Shown here: positions 1 to 11,302 of the stretch, in pieces
Numbering within the stretch: the stretch's first letter is position 1
How the letters are laid out: each line of letters starts with the position of its first letter
The notes under the pieces: model-generated
What the model was told of the DNA's origin: nothing
Database searches by the model: none
Seen by the model: the letters and a program-made list of their open reading frames with translations, nothing else
Translations under genes and position numbers: made by a program
Source of the DNA: Epithemia pelagica
Lineage: Eukaryota; Protista; Bacillariophyta
Assembly: GCA_946965045.2 (NCBI GenBank)
Contig: OX337231.1
Location: 868,001 to 932,000 of the forward strand
Reading direction: 5' to 3'
DNA length: 64,000 nucleotides

Positions 1-2
1 GG

Positions 3-425
3 GTGTGTGAAGTTCGACTTCACTTTCGAGGCTCCGTGACATCCAGTCAGCCCAATGCCTTGGTGCTGCGCCTGCAACCAACACCCAAACTCTTTTTTAC
101 GGCCAATATCAAAACTCCCGGATTTACATCAACACCAGCGAGTGCACATTTAGGAGTGGACTATCAGAATCATGTGGATGCGATTCCTGATGCCTACACT
201 AGACTGTTGTTGGACGTCTTACGGGCTCAGCAAGAGAACTTTGTCCGTGACGATGAACTGATTCATGCCTGGAGAATTTTTACTCCGGTACTCCACCAAA
301 CGGAACAGCAACAGATTGAACCACTGCCCTACAGCCGTGACACGGCCGGCCCAGAGCTCCGTCAAGATTTCTTGAGGAGTATGAGTGTCACACAGCCGTG
401 GGTAGCCCCTGCATCAGCTCTTTAG
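3..425 (+). CDS. G6PD: Glucose-6-phosphate 1-dehydrogenase, C-terminal part (gene starts before the window)
   Basis: IPDAYTRLLLDVLRAQQENFVRDDELIHAWRIFTPVLH...PLPY matches the conserved G6PD C-terminus (xPxAYERLxxD...FVRxDEL..AWxIFTP). The frame is open from the window edge. Confidence 0.9.
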   Translation: MCEVRLHFRGSVTSSQPNALVLRLQPTPKLFFTANIKTPGFTSTPASAHLGVDYQNHVDAIPDAYTRLLLDVLRAQQENFVRDDELIHAWRIFTPVLHQTEQQQIEPLPYSRDTAGPELRQDFLRSMSVTQPWVAPASAL

Positions 426-878
426 TAACCAATACTCACTAGCTCCATACTAAGCGAGGGATTTGGTCAGGACAGCTGTTGCATAATGGTATCAATTAAT
501 CGCACGGCTCTTTAATTATAGCAAGGCAACACAAGGTTATGGATCGAGAATACAACAGATATAGAGCACCCCCTATATGCCACTTCCTAGTCACAATTGT
601 TCCCTAATCAAGAGACCAATTAATAAAACCTGTCCAAGCCTAGCAGTTGTCGTCCGTTTCTCAACTTGCACATTGTATCCTTCGCTTTCGGATCTACGTT
701 GTTGATGAGTGTCGATGACTTGTCCTTTCCCGCGGTGATTTTAATACATTAACAGCACAAATAGTCCTATCGATGCATCGCGATTTGACTTTCTACTTCA
801 ACACTATGAATTGATCCATATATTTTGACTACGACTTCGTAATACATCAGAGGGAGAAGAAAAACGACTTCGTTTTTG

Positions 879-2012
879 CTACAACATCTTCAGAGCATCC
901 TCCGATAATCCGTATGGAGGAGGGACACGGTTTTCGTGACGCCAGATTCTGGCAATCCACTTTTCATCAATGGCAGGACAACCTTCATGTTCGGTTCGTT
1001 CATCAAACTGCCCCTTAGCATCGGCAGGAAAGAACAGAAGAGCACTTCCCTTTTTTGGCTGAACGGTCAAATGCTTCTCGTCCAAGTCGGATATTGATGC
1101 CGGAAGTCGTCCAAATCGAGTGAGTCCACCCTTTTCAACATCATTCAAGTAGACCAAGAGCGTGGCTAGCGTCTGTCCACCCCGATTGGCATCCTCGGTC
1201 TGCGCCGATCGATTGGCATCAAAGTGTGGTGCCAACACTTGATCCGCTTCGTATCGAATAACTGTCGGGGCCTCGAACATTGACGCCTCCTCTAAGGAAG
1301 CTGAATCTCCACGAAACAGTTTGGCTGCATTCTCCACAAATATTCGCGTTCCACTCGATGCTCCACTGAGGTCGTCCAGAGTGGTGGAGGTACTCGTTCG
1401 AAGAGACTTCAATCCCTCCGCTCTGGAAAATGTGAAGGCGGCGATCAGGGCAGTCACTAGGACAAAAATGATTGCGTAATTCTGCAGTGAGTGAACCACA
1501 AGGTTGAGCTGGCTTGCGTCGCTGCTATCTTTGACCTGGAACCAAGCAGTGGCTAGTGCAACCCATGCCACAGGTCCCTTCGCAGATAATTCAACCAAGT
1601 CCTTAAAATCCTGCGTCCATCCAGCATATGCGACAGGAGAGGGCTCCAATTTTTTCACCTTTGCGGCTTCGATGAGATCATGACAAGCATCATCATCCAA
1701 AAAGTTCTCGACCACAAAGATATCAGGATTCGAGTAAAGCTGTTCAAGTCCTGGATACTGCTCGTTGATAGAAATTCGAGGACCAACAGAACTTGACACC
1801 AACGATGATCTCAAATACGTGATATGTGGCCCCTTGGAGCAATGTGACAGCCTGGAAGATTGGAATCTCAGTTCCTGATGATTGAAACGGCAAGACCTTG
1901 AGGAAGTCTGAAAATGGAATGCCGTTGATTTTCTGGCAAACAAGGTTATTACCGATGCCACAAATGGCAGGAAACACGAAACATTATTATTTCTTGAGCT
2001 TCGGACTCCCAT
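879..2012 (-). CDS. Prolyl 4-hydroxylase-like 2OG-Fe(II) dioxygenase, probably plastid-targeted, with an internal hydrophobic insertion
   Basis: IFVVENFLDDDAC, HxD (HFDAN), GGQTLATLLVYLNDVEKGGLTRF, distal His (TEHEGCP) and EKWIARIW. First ATG at 2012; the N-terminus has a hydrophobic stretch ending STA|F. Confidence 0.8.
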   Translation of the reverse strand: MGVRSSRNNNVSCFLPFVASVITLFARKSTAFHFQTSSRSCRFNHQELRFQSSRLSHCSKGPHITYLRSSLVSSSVGPRISINEQYPGLEQLYSNPDIFVVENFLDDDACHDLIEAAKVKKLEPSPVAYAGWTQDFKDLVELSAKGPVAWVALATAWFQVKDSSDASQLNLVVHSLQNYAIIFVLVTALIAAFTFSRAEGLKSLRTSTSTTLDDLSGASSGTRIFVENAAKLFRGDSASLEEASMFEAPTVIRYEADQVLAPHFDANRSAQTEDANRGGQTLATLLVYLNDVEKGGLTRFGRLPASISDLDEKHLTVQPKKGSALLFFPADAKGQFDERTEHEGCPAIDEKWIARIWRHENRVPPPYGLSEDALKML

Positions 2013-2496
2013 AACAACGAAAGACACCTGCGCCACTTGTTGTTTCAAATAATCCTTCGTCTGCATCCATCGTATTCGTTGGATCTGGTCTACGCGTTAA
2101 AAGACTTACGACCACCATCCGATCGTATGTCATTTCCAACGGCGGGTATTGCTTTTCGCGCGCGACAAACAACAAACAATGATAACAACATCTGGGGTTC
2201 GGAAGGGCGAGTTGATCTACACCACTCGCGATACAAGTCGACAACTCAGCATGACTTCAGATCCGGTCCAGGCTCGGAGAACAGGTCCCACTTTAGTTGA
2301 AGCACCTGAATACGATTGGAACTCAGTTCCGAATCGCTCAGGTGTTCCTATGGAAAGCGGTAGATTTCTGACGAATCAGCCGGCCTTTGCTTCCGTGTTG
2401 TATGGTCACAAACAAACGCCCGATACCACCAACCAACCACTTCCGGCAACCCAACAAAACTGATCCTATTGAGAACGCCACAGGTGTCATCACAAT

Positions 2497-3138
2497 ATGA
2501 GCACATCTACCTCAAGTCAACTACCTAATACAAACGAAATGGCAATATCGAAAGAATTATCCCAAGATGGTGCCGCTCTGACGGCATTGAACACCGAAGG
2601 AACGGTGACTCCGCTGGAGTTTGACGTGCTCTGCTCCAAGGACAAGACTCATTCGACTCATGCTGGGAATCGGCTCTTTCGTGAACGAATCGACGCCATG
2701 AAAGAAGTCTATCGAATGACCAAGAATAAACAAGGGAAGATGGAAATCACCAAAAACATTGTCAAGTACTTGAAACAACGGCACGCCACGCGGTTCTTGA
2801 AGCGAGATGTCAACGGTTCCTGGGCCGAGATCAGCGACCAGGCTGCTCGAGACAAAGTTAGCCACGCTCTTCGATTTGCAACAAGACGAGAAAACGCTAC
2901 GACCAAGCGTATGCCCCCTCCGCATCTCCAAGGATCTCCGCCTCTTGCTCCCTCAAGACCGCCCGCTGACTATGATATCCGCCATGGCGGAATGGGGCCC
3001 CCCGCCCCCGGTCCCGGTCCAGCAGCTGATGGGACCGCTCCTGCTGGAACTCCTGGCTCGGTCTACTACGGACGAATGGTTCCGGTAGAGCACATTGAAC
3101 CGAGTAAATGGCTTTTAGCTCTCCGACAAGGACCATAG
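2497..3138 (+). CDS. DUF6824-domain protein (diatom-expanded family)
   Basis: FDVLCSKDK...HAGNRLFRERI...Y...K..K..I...IV...RFLKRD..GSW.EISDQAARDKVSHALR is the characteristic DUF6824 pattern, followed by a Pro-rich tail. Confidence 0.8.
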   Translation: MSTSTSSQLPNTNEMAISKELSQDGAALTALNTEGTVTPLEFDVLCSKDKTHSTHAGNRLFRERIDAMKEVYRMTKNKQGKMEITKNIVKYLKQRHATRFLKRDVNGSWAEISDQAARDKVSHALRFATRRENATTKRMPPPHLQGSPPLAPSRPPADYDIRHGGMGPPAPGPGPAADGTAPAGTPGSVYYGRMVPVEHIEPSKWLLALRQGP

Positions 3139-4270
3139 CTGGAGCAAAGTACCAGAGTGTTGTCCTGGGTATTTGTCGTTTGAGGATATCTTGCCACAAA
3201 CAAACGATGCATCCTTCATTGTAACTCAGGGCTGAAGGGAAATTGGTGTCAAAACGGAGACATGGTGGTAGAACTTGTCTCCGTCGTTGATGACTTAGCT
3301 AGCAGAATGGACGCCGCCACCGGCATAATTCTTGCAAATAATAGAAGAGACCAAGATTTCATTCCAACTTCACTTGATATATTTAGCACTCCAGTTCTGG
3401 ACTTCAAAATTTCATAGTGCTTGCTCAATTGGATGGCGTGATCTGGGACAAACTGGCGATTGCCAGCACACCACTTTTTTCAAAACAATTCGACACAGGA
3501 TCAAAGCGCTTGAAACAGGTAAACATGAATGAACACCAACAGTAAAGGTCAGTCACCACCATGACGAAGTGGCTATCATGGACGGGGTTAAAGTTTCTCC
3601 AGATTTGAACTGAATCGAAGATTGCGTTCGGGTAGAAATCGCGGCACGGGGACAAGTGCTTTCATCTTTCATAGAAATATTATCATTTGGAGCTGTTCGC
3701 GGGTGTGAATATAAGAAGAAGAAGGATGATGACTGTGATGAGGTATGGTTCCTCCACAGATGATTCACCTTTTATCTTCATGTGCTGCCAATGCGCCCTT
3801 GATGAGGCCATCGACCAGTTGCGGATAAACCATCGCAACAGCGATTCTCGTGCGCTCAAAATCAATTCTTTGCGGGAAACTCTCTCGAAGCATCAAAACA
3901 CTTCTCCAATTATTGATGATCACTCTCCTATCTGATAAAATGCCTCATCTTAGTTGTATTCCATGTCTAAATCCGCGTTTGGAGTTTGGACATGGAGGAG
4001 ACTCGGAAGCTACCTGTACTGCCGAATGATGAGAGCAAAACCATGTAATAATCCAATTCCCACGTGGAGTTCGCCGCGGGTTTGAAACGTGCGGCGGCGG
4101 CGGCTCGCGTGGAGATCTGCGACCGCGAGGAAAATTCACCATCTGCCGCGGGCCGCGGAGAGGTCGCGCGAATCTCTCTTGAGACAGTGACGACACAGAG
4201 ATGCGATCGGCGTTTTGTCAAACGACAACGGGTGGGTAAAGCTTTGAGAAGGTCTCCTTGACCTTTTGTC

Positions 4271-5362
4271 ATGATCATTACGCGGATATTGTTCTCCATT
4301 CTTCTTTGTGCTGCATTAGCTGTCGTCCATTCCCTTACCGCATCGCGTTCGGCCGCTCAACGTCTGTTCTCACCAAGATCGAAGTTGGGAAAAATGACTG
4401 GAAGCACCCCTTTGAAGAAGTTTCATATTGTGGCACTTGACCTGGATGGGACCTTGCTCAATAGTGAACACAAAGTTTCGCCAAGTACCATCAAGTACAT
4501 CCAACGGTTAGACGCTTTGGGTTTTGGAGTTATGGTTGCAACGGGACGATCATTAAACACCGCCTACGAAACTATCCTCGCTCTGAATCTTCCACATCCA
4601 ATCCCTGTTGTTTGTTCGAACGGAGCGAGAGGAGTCATGTGCAAGCCTCGAGAATTATCTCCGGATGAAAACCCAGACGACTTGCCGTTAAACAGCAGAG
4701 TGACTTGGGAGCCTCTCTTTGATACACCTGTTCCGGAGCCCGTCGCTCGACGATCAATTACGTTAGCCAAGGAAATGGGATTTGTGTCCCAGTACTATGT
4801 TGGAGATGAAATTTACGCCGACCCAACAACGGAATCTCACTACGCACATGTAGAAATGTACAAGGATTTGACAGGGGCCAAAACGAAATGTGTTGATAAC
4901 ATGATAACTGAAGTGCTGGAACAGAATGCAATGCCTTCAAAGCAAGTGGTCCTCTTTCACAAGGAAGAACAAGATGGAGCAATGCTCAAATTTGAAGAAA
5001 CACTAAGTAGCTCTGAGTTTAAGACCGATGATGGATCTTCGCCGACATTGGTACGGGGAAGCTTTGGATGGTTTTTGGAGGTATTGCATCCACACGTAAA
5101 CAAGGGGAATGGGCTCAAACGAATGTGTGCAGATCACTTGAAAATCCCACTGGATGCCGTTGTTGCATTTGGCGATGGTGACAACGATGCCGAGTTTCTC
5201 CAAATGGCAGGATGGGGAGTTGCAATGAACAATGCACGACCAATCATTAAAGAAGTTGCGGACCAAATCATTGAGTATACAAACAACGATGAGGGTGTTT
5301 TGAAAACCCTTCAGAGTTTTGAAGAAGCCGGACAGCTGGTATTTTCCGAGGCGAATGCATAG
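4271..5362 (+). CDS. Cof-type HAD-superfamily hydrolase with N-terminal signal peptide
   Basis: Motif I DLDGTLLN, motif II ATGR, motif III K (VNKGNGL), motif IV AFGDGDNDAEFL and NNDEGV. Hydrophobic N-terminus. Confidence 0.9.
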   Translation: MIITRILFSILLCAALAVVHSLTASRSAAQRLFSPRSKLGKMTGSTPLKKFHIVALDLDGTLLNSEHKVSPSTIKYIQRLDALGFGVMVATGRSLNTAYETILALNLPHPIPVVCSNGARGVMCKPRELSPDENPDDLPLNSRVTWEPLFDTPVPEPVARRSITLAKEMGFVSQYYVGDEIYADPTTESHYAHVEMYKDLTGAKTKCVDNMITEVLEQNAMPSKQVVLFHKEEQDGAMLKFEETLSSSEFKTDDGSSPTLVRGSFGWFLEVLHPHVNKGNGLKRMCADHLKIPLDAVVAFGDGDNDAEFLQMAGWGVAMNNARPIIKEVADQIIEYTNNDEGVLKTLQSFEEAGQLVFSEANA

Positions 5363-5957
5363 CTTCATCGAAAGGACATGCAAGATGTATTAACTAATGA
5401 CTTTCCCTGTAATTGTAAAATATTGATTAGCCACTCTTGTGCTTGTTTCAGGTACGCCTGGACGTATGACTCAGTTTCTCATATTGATCCAAACTATTTG
5501 ACCTCGGCACTGAGCACACCAGGACAAAACATGCAGAATTCATAAGGTTCATAGCTCACACAAAGCAAAATTGGTGAATGTACGCTTCAACTGTCTCTGG
5601 AGTTGTGGTTGTGATACTTTCTGATTATGCACTGGTCGTACTCTCAAGGCGAATTATGTCGTTTCCATCTATCAGCCAGAATGTCATTTAAGACTGATTC
5701 CATTGTGAGGGTGGGCCCGTGCACCGATCTCGAAAATAATGTTCTTGTTGATTCTCTGTTCCCGTGAATTCCGTCTAATTCTGTCCCCTCTACCTCTACC
5801 ACACTCTTCTACTTCTAATAGGTAGACTACCCATGTCTTCTTCCGGAACTATTGCTTCCCATTTCCCATCTAAGTCTACAGGCAGGGGTTCCCATCCCGT
5901 GACTGGTGGTTTCATTCACAGCAGAACAACCTCATTGCAAGGGTTTCTCAAACAACC

Positions 5958-6626
5958 ATGCTGGACGACTTATCCAACGCACACCTCGTTTTCTTTCCCA
6001 TTTTCCTCGGCACTCTTGCCCTCTGTTCCGTCATTGAAACGGCGGCTCCTGGGAAGTGCCCCGGCTTCAAACTTGTTCCTAGTCATGCAGCGAAGCATTC
6101 GCTCAACATGCCATTTGGGGCAGCAAAGCACCATGATTTGAGTAAGATTCGATACTCCAACTTTCAACTGTTCCGCATCTCCCTTGGAATTATTTTTAGT
6201 ACCATGTTCCTGATTGCGGGATGGATCGGAGGCAAGAGCGGCATCCTTGCAGAACATTCGGAGTTGGAAAAGTTTGCCTCGACATCCTTCTTTAATGCGG
6301 GTGCACTTTTCCTCTTTCTTCACACTCAAATGACTTGGGAGCGTCTTCACAATGGCGCTCAGCTGGTCGCGGATATTCGTGGTCTCATTCCTTGTGTCCT
6401 TACTCGTTCCATCATTGCCCGTTATACGTATGTTTGGATCACACGAGTTCTCAATGAAGTCGATGGCGTCATGGAGACAATGAATGGTCTCGTCATGGTC
6501 GTGGCGGCCAGTATTGCGTTGGTCATTTTCGTGTTGGTCGACGTTATTCGTTTGGTTGTCATGACTACCCAGGGTCAACAAGCTTCCTTTACGCCAAGTG
6601 TTGTGATCAAGAAGGAAAAAGAGTGA
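5958..6626 (+). CDS. Hypothetical multi-pass membrane protein
   Basis: 222-aa ATG-initiated ORF with about 5 hydrophobic segments and a KKEKE tail. No family recognised. Confidence 0.55.
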   Translation: MLDDLSNAHLVFFPIFLGTLALCSVIETAAPGKCPGFKLVPSHAAKHSLNMPFGAAKHHDLSKIRYSNFQLFRISLGIIFSTMFLIAGWIGGKSGILAEHSELEKFASTSFFNAGALFLFLHTQMTWERLHNGAQLVADIRGLIPCVLTRSIIARYTYVWITRVLNEVDGVMETMNGLVMVVAASIALVIFVLVDVIRLVVMTTQGQQASFTPSVVIKKEKE

Positions 6627-6924
6627 ACTGCAAAACAATGTTTTGTGTGCATGATAAGAATAAAACAGTGGTGATACAGCGCCATGAGAGAAAAGAAAAC
6701 TTTGTGTTTCATTGCGAGTCTTACAGTACAACTACCTACTCCTAAGTCAATATAACGATACGTGTTATGTAGTTAGGGTGGCTAGCACACAAGAGACCAG
6801 CGTCTCATCATCAGTCCCGTCGTGTGAGTCGTGAGTGGCCACGAATCCCGAAAACTCGCGGAGGAGTACAATTTTCGTCAAGTCTTTTGTCCAGGAAACC
6901 ACAGAAACTCAGAACCTTAACACC

Positions 6925-8430
6925 ATGACAAAGGGAAAGCGCTCTAGAATAACAAGACTTGGTCTCATTCTGTTGCTGCCCATTGTGATAAACGCGGTTG
7001 AGATAAAATGGACACCAGCTGAAGATACAGGCAATAACTATTCTCAGCAGGACCGGCAGATGCTGTTTCAACTGGACCAACAGATCCATTCGTCGGCGGA
7101 TCCCCAGGGTACCTTGAGCAAAATTGCCTCTACCAATGGGATTGATCCGTCTCAGTTACAGGCTATTTTAGAGGAGAATCGAAGATACATCGAGCAGCAT
7201 AAAGGTGGTGGTCTTTTCCAAAGACAAGAACCATTGACCGTTAGGGTAGCCAATCTTGTCTCATCAGTTGCCTTGGGAACATGGCAAATGTCACTTAAAC
7301 ACCCTCGTACTGCAACTATTGCATTGGTGGTCTTAATTTTTACCGCATGGTTGTCATGGAATGCTCCTCGAAACGGAGTTTTGCTCAAAGGTGGACGTGG
7401 TCCAACAACTTTGTTTACGCCTCCCACAGATTTCCTGGAATCCACTCTTTTGGAACAGGAATGGTGGCACAAAGGTTCATCATCATCCTTGCGTTCCCAC
7501 CCAAACATAGAGATTCAACATGTCTTTGACCAATTGGATGCTGTCCGAAAACCCAAAGATGGCAAGAAAGATTTAACCAAGAAGAAGGACATGAAGATGA
7601 ATTCAGACACTGCCAAGGTTGACTGGTTTTCCAACTTTCGGCATGTTCCAGACAGCGATCTAGTGAAAGCGGCATTTTTGGAACTTACCGTAGACTTGGA
7701 GGAGATTACTTGTAGTGACGAAGACGAGGAAGCTTTGTTCGAACAGGTTGTCAGCGAGCAAGCGGGCCGATTGCTAGAGTCGAGACCACAACTCACCGAT
7801 TACGTACAGGAACACAGGATTCGTTTTCTCTCCTCCAGCGGAAATGATGATCCAGATTTCGGTGTCCTAATGGTTCCCAGCCTTGGAAAGTGGGGTGCGA
7901 TTGGGTACCTTCCCCTTTCACTGGACAGTGATTTTGACGGCAAGGATGATGGAAGTCAGAGTGTTTTGAGCAGCCTTGCCCTTTGGACCATGTCAGGATC
8001 GTATTGGAAAGGTCAAGGCATTTTTATTCGCATTGTTGAAAAACACGAAAATGGAAGGGAAACTCCATCGTATGTTGTGCAAGTTGCATGGGCTGCTCCA
8101 AAGCCATCGAGAACAAAACGTCACAACACAAAGAACCTTCCATCCAAGACTGTAGAGCGGATTCTGGAGTCTTTGTGCAAATCGGTAAAAATGTCCTTGG
8201 AAACGCGGACTAAGCAAGCTTGGTCTCGTCAGGCACAGTCGTCCAGATTGGCAAGGGGGGTGAGACTCTCAGCCAGTGCTCGACGAAAGACACGAGCTTC
8301 GAGGGAGCGTCAAATCGAAGAAATGGCTGCCGACCGGAGACGACGGCGATATTCTCAGAATCCGAATCAAGGCCGCTATCGACCGAGCGGAGAGAGGATG
8401 CAAAGTCCGAACAATTCCATTGATCGATAA
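6925..8430 (+). CDS. Hypothetical secretory-pathway membrane protein
   Basis: Long open frame; first ATG at 6925. Signal peptide (LGLILLLPIVINA|VEIKW), one further TM (IALVVLIFTAWLSW) and an Arg-rich C-terminus. Confidence 0.7.
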   Translation: MTKGKRSRITRLGLILLLPIVINAVEIKWTPAEDTGNNYSQQDRQMLFQLDQQIHSSADPQGTLSKIASTNGIDPSQLQAILEENRRYIEQHKGGGLFQRQEPLTVRVANLVSSVALGTWQMSLKHPRTATIALVVLIFTAWLSWNAPRNGVLLKGGRGPTTLFTPPTDFLESTLLEQEWWHKGSSSSLRSHPNIEIQHVFDQLDAVRKPKDGKKDLTKKKDMKMNSDTAKVDWFSNFRHVPDSDLVKAAFLELTVDLEEITCSDEDEEALFEQVVSEQAGRLLESRPQLTDYVQEHRIRFLSSSGNDDPDFGVLMVPSLGKWGAIGYLPLSLDSDFDGKDDGSQSVLSSLALWTMSGSYWKGQGIFIRIVEKHENGRETPSYVVQVAWAAPKPSRTKRHNTKNLPSKTVERILESLCKSVKMSLETRTKQAWSRQAQSSRLARGVRLSASARRKTRASRERQIEEMAADRRRRRYSQNPNQGRYRPSGERMQSPNNSIDR

Positions 8431-8826
8431 AAGGCATTTACGCGTTTGTTGTCAATGACCCCAGTTGTGGGTATCGCTACTCTTGCTGGAACTCTGAGAT
8501 CAACTAGTGATGGTCTTCGACTCCATGTTGGAAAAGGGTAACGACTGTTCCTTGTTTTCTTTATGTGTCGCAAGTCGCGAGAATTCATGACCAGCTTGGA
8601 TATAAAAATTCATTAAATCTTGGAGTAGACAATTACCTGTATACCCTCTGTGTTGGCTGAAATGTACATTCTAAACTAACGATGGTGTCGCCACTCTCTG
8701 AACAAACAGCACAGACCAACCGAGATATGGTTGAGAGAAAGATTGCGGCTGGCTATGACCTATATGGACTTGGTCCTCCTACGACCAATGGAAAAAGGAT
8801 ATCACTGAACGTCGAGTTAATTAGTT

Positions 8827-10253
8827 TTATGAAAGGGCAAGAGTTTCCTTGAAGCGACCGCAAGCCTCTTCGATTGATTCACGAGGAGCAAAAGCGGAGA
8901 GACGCAAAAAGCCTTCTCCACCCGGACCAAAGCCAGCTCCGGGGATTGTGACAACTTGAGATTTCTCCAAGATACTGGAGAATGCATCCCAGCTAGATCC
9001 CATTGATTCAGGAAGTTCAACAAAAACATATGGAGCATCGGTGCCTCCGTAGACGTTGTAACCCAATCCTTCCATAGTCTCACGCAAAATCTTGGCATTT
9101 TCCAAATAGTAGTCGATGAGTGTGTCAATTTCTTTAAGACCTTCGTCGTCAAGACAAGCCATTCCACCTGCTTGAACAATATTGGACGCTCCGTTGAACG
9201 CAGTTGTCATCACGCGGTTGAAATCATTGCGGACCGGGGTACCATCGGAATAGGTGAGAGTACTGGGAATGACAGTCCAACCAAGACGAACACCAGTAAA
9301 TCCTGCATATTTGCTGAAGGAGTTAACCTCAATGGCAACGTCACGTGCTCCTTCAACTTCAAAGACAGATTTCGGTACACCAGGGGTTCGAATGAAAGGA
9401 GCATAGGCAGCATCAAAGACAAGAATCGACCCTCTTTCTTTGCACACTTTGATAATCTCCTCCAATTGCTCTCGAGTCGCAGCTGCACCGGTAGGGTTAC
9501 TTTATCGATGGGAAAAGAGAACTGCGTGAGACAAGAAGGATAGAATACGCGAGTGTGTCAAAGAGAGGTCGAAACTTACTTCGGAGAGCAAATGTAAACA
9601 ACATCCGCACGAGGACAGCTCGCGTAATCAGGGAAGAAGCCATTTTCAATTGTACAAGGCATGTACACAATGTTTTCGTACTGCCTGCTTTCTTCATCCT
9701 GGGTACCAGTTTGACCCATCATGACTGAAGTGTCAACGTACACGGGGTAAGACGGATCTTGCACTGCCGAGACAACGCCTGATCCAAACATTTGTTGCAG
9801 ACGCATAATGTCACACTTTGCACCATCGGAAACAAAGACTTCGTCAGCGCTAATGATTCCATTGTAAAGCTTCTCGGCAATCTTTTCACGCAAAGGACCC
9901 TGTCCTTGTTCGGCTCCATAACCTGAATATCCATCGGTTGTGCCAAGTTTGCTCGCTCCCTCCACGAGGCCCTTCAGAATATGGGGTGGAATCGGTTGTG
10001 TAGTGTCACCAATTCCCAAGGAGATGATGCGATCCTTCATTTCTGGGTTTTCCTCGAGGTATGCCGTTCGGCGACGTCCAATCTCTGGGAAGAGATATCC
10101 GCCAGCAAGTTTGGCAAAATTAGGGTTTCTTTCGACTCCAGCCTGGAGAGACGTCGACATCGTGCGTGCACTCCCATGATTTGATTGAGGGACGAATCCA
10201 GAGACCAGAGTGGCCGTCGCTGCAGCGAAAAGGAAGCCCGAAGTCGACAACAT
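8827..10253 (-). CDS. dapL: LL-diaminopimelate aminotransferase, plastid-targeted (2 exons; intron 9500-9579)
   Basis: VERNPNFAKLAGGYLFPEI, ISLGIGDTTQP, VFVSDGAKCD, DPSYPVYVD. A GT-AG intron restores CSPN|NPTG; SFSKYAGFTGVRLGW carries the PLP Lys. Presequence ...LVSG|F. Confidence 0.95.
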
Positions 10254-11302
10254 CGTACCCAACCGTACCAAAGATTCGATGCCGATTGCCGATGGTTGAG
10301 AATTATCTCTCATTGTTGTGGACACCGGACATAAGTGCGTCACATACCAAAGTGCTAACTATGCTACTTACTCGAGAAATCCACTCTCTCTAGCTAGGGG
10401 AATGCCCGTCTATTGACAAGTAATGCGACAACCTCTAGTAGGTAGGAAGAGAGCAAAAAGGAGTGCTTAGTGCTTTGCTCATATTGATAATGATCTGTTG
10501 TGAATAGTCAGATTGCTAGAGTGAAGATGAGATAAGGTAGAAGATCGGTGTCGACAATACTGTCTCTTTTTTATTGCACGAATATGCTAGCCAGAGTAGA
10601 TTTTGTTCCCCTTTCCCCCAAACTGACAAACTCCAAATCTGACGCCAATGACAACACCAAAGGTTGAAAGATGATGATTCGCAACTTGGCAACAGTGGCG
10701 GTAACCATTAATAGTGGAGTTTTCATGGTTGCTGGTACCAAGCCCTTGTCCTTTGGACCGACCAATGTTTTTCGACAATGATGATGTCATGCCAAATGTT
10801 AATCCATCCAACAGCGTTGGCAGAACAAACTGGCTGTTATCAAATCAATCGGAGGTGCCACTTCCATGGGAAAACTCCTACTCCTATCTACCTCACACCT
10901 CACCCTCACTGCATCCTTCCGCCACCATCATCCATCATGCCGCAATCGGGAGTGGGTCCGACTTCCGAATGCGGAACGCCCGTCGACCGGAGAACGAACA
11001 CGCACCAGAAACTATAAACTATCCACGCCTGAGAGGTGTAAATCAAAAATTCTTATAGATTTCTTTTGAGGCAAATAGACATAGCACGCCAGGTAGCATG
11101 CGTTGGGTTTGCCACGTGTTGCATGTCCATTTGACACCATTGACAACTCTGCACTACAAGTACTGCACGCACACCACTCCATTGGCAGAGAGGAGTCTGT
11201 TCTCTCTCCACAAAGAAACGCAATCATACGCAAACCCAACCATTGGTGTCGACTCGATCGTGTTCTCTTGGAGACGCTCTATCGTTGCTTGGATGTGGAG
11301 AG

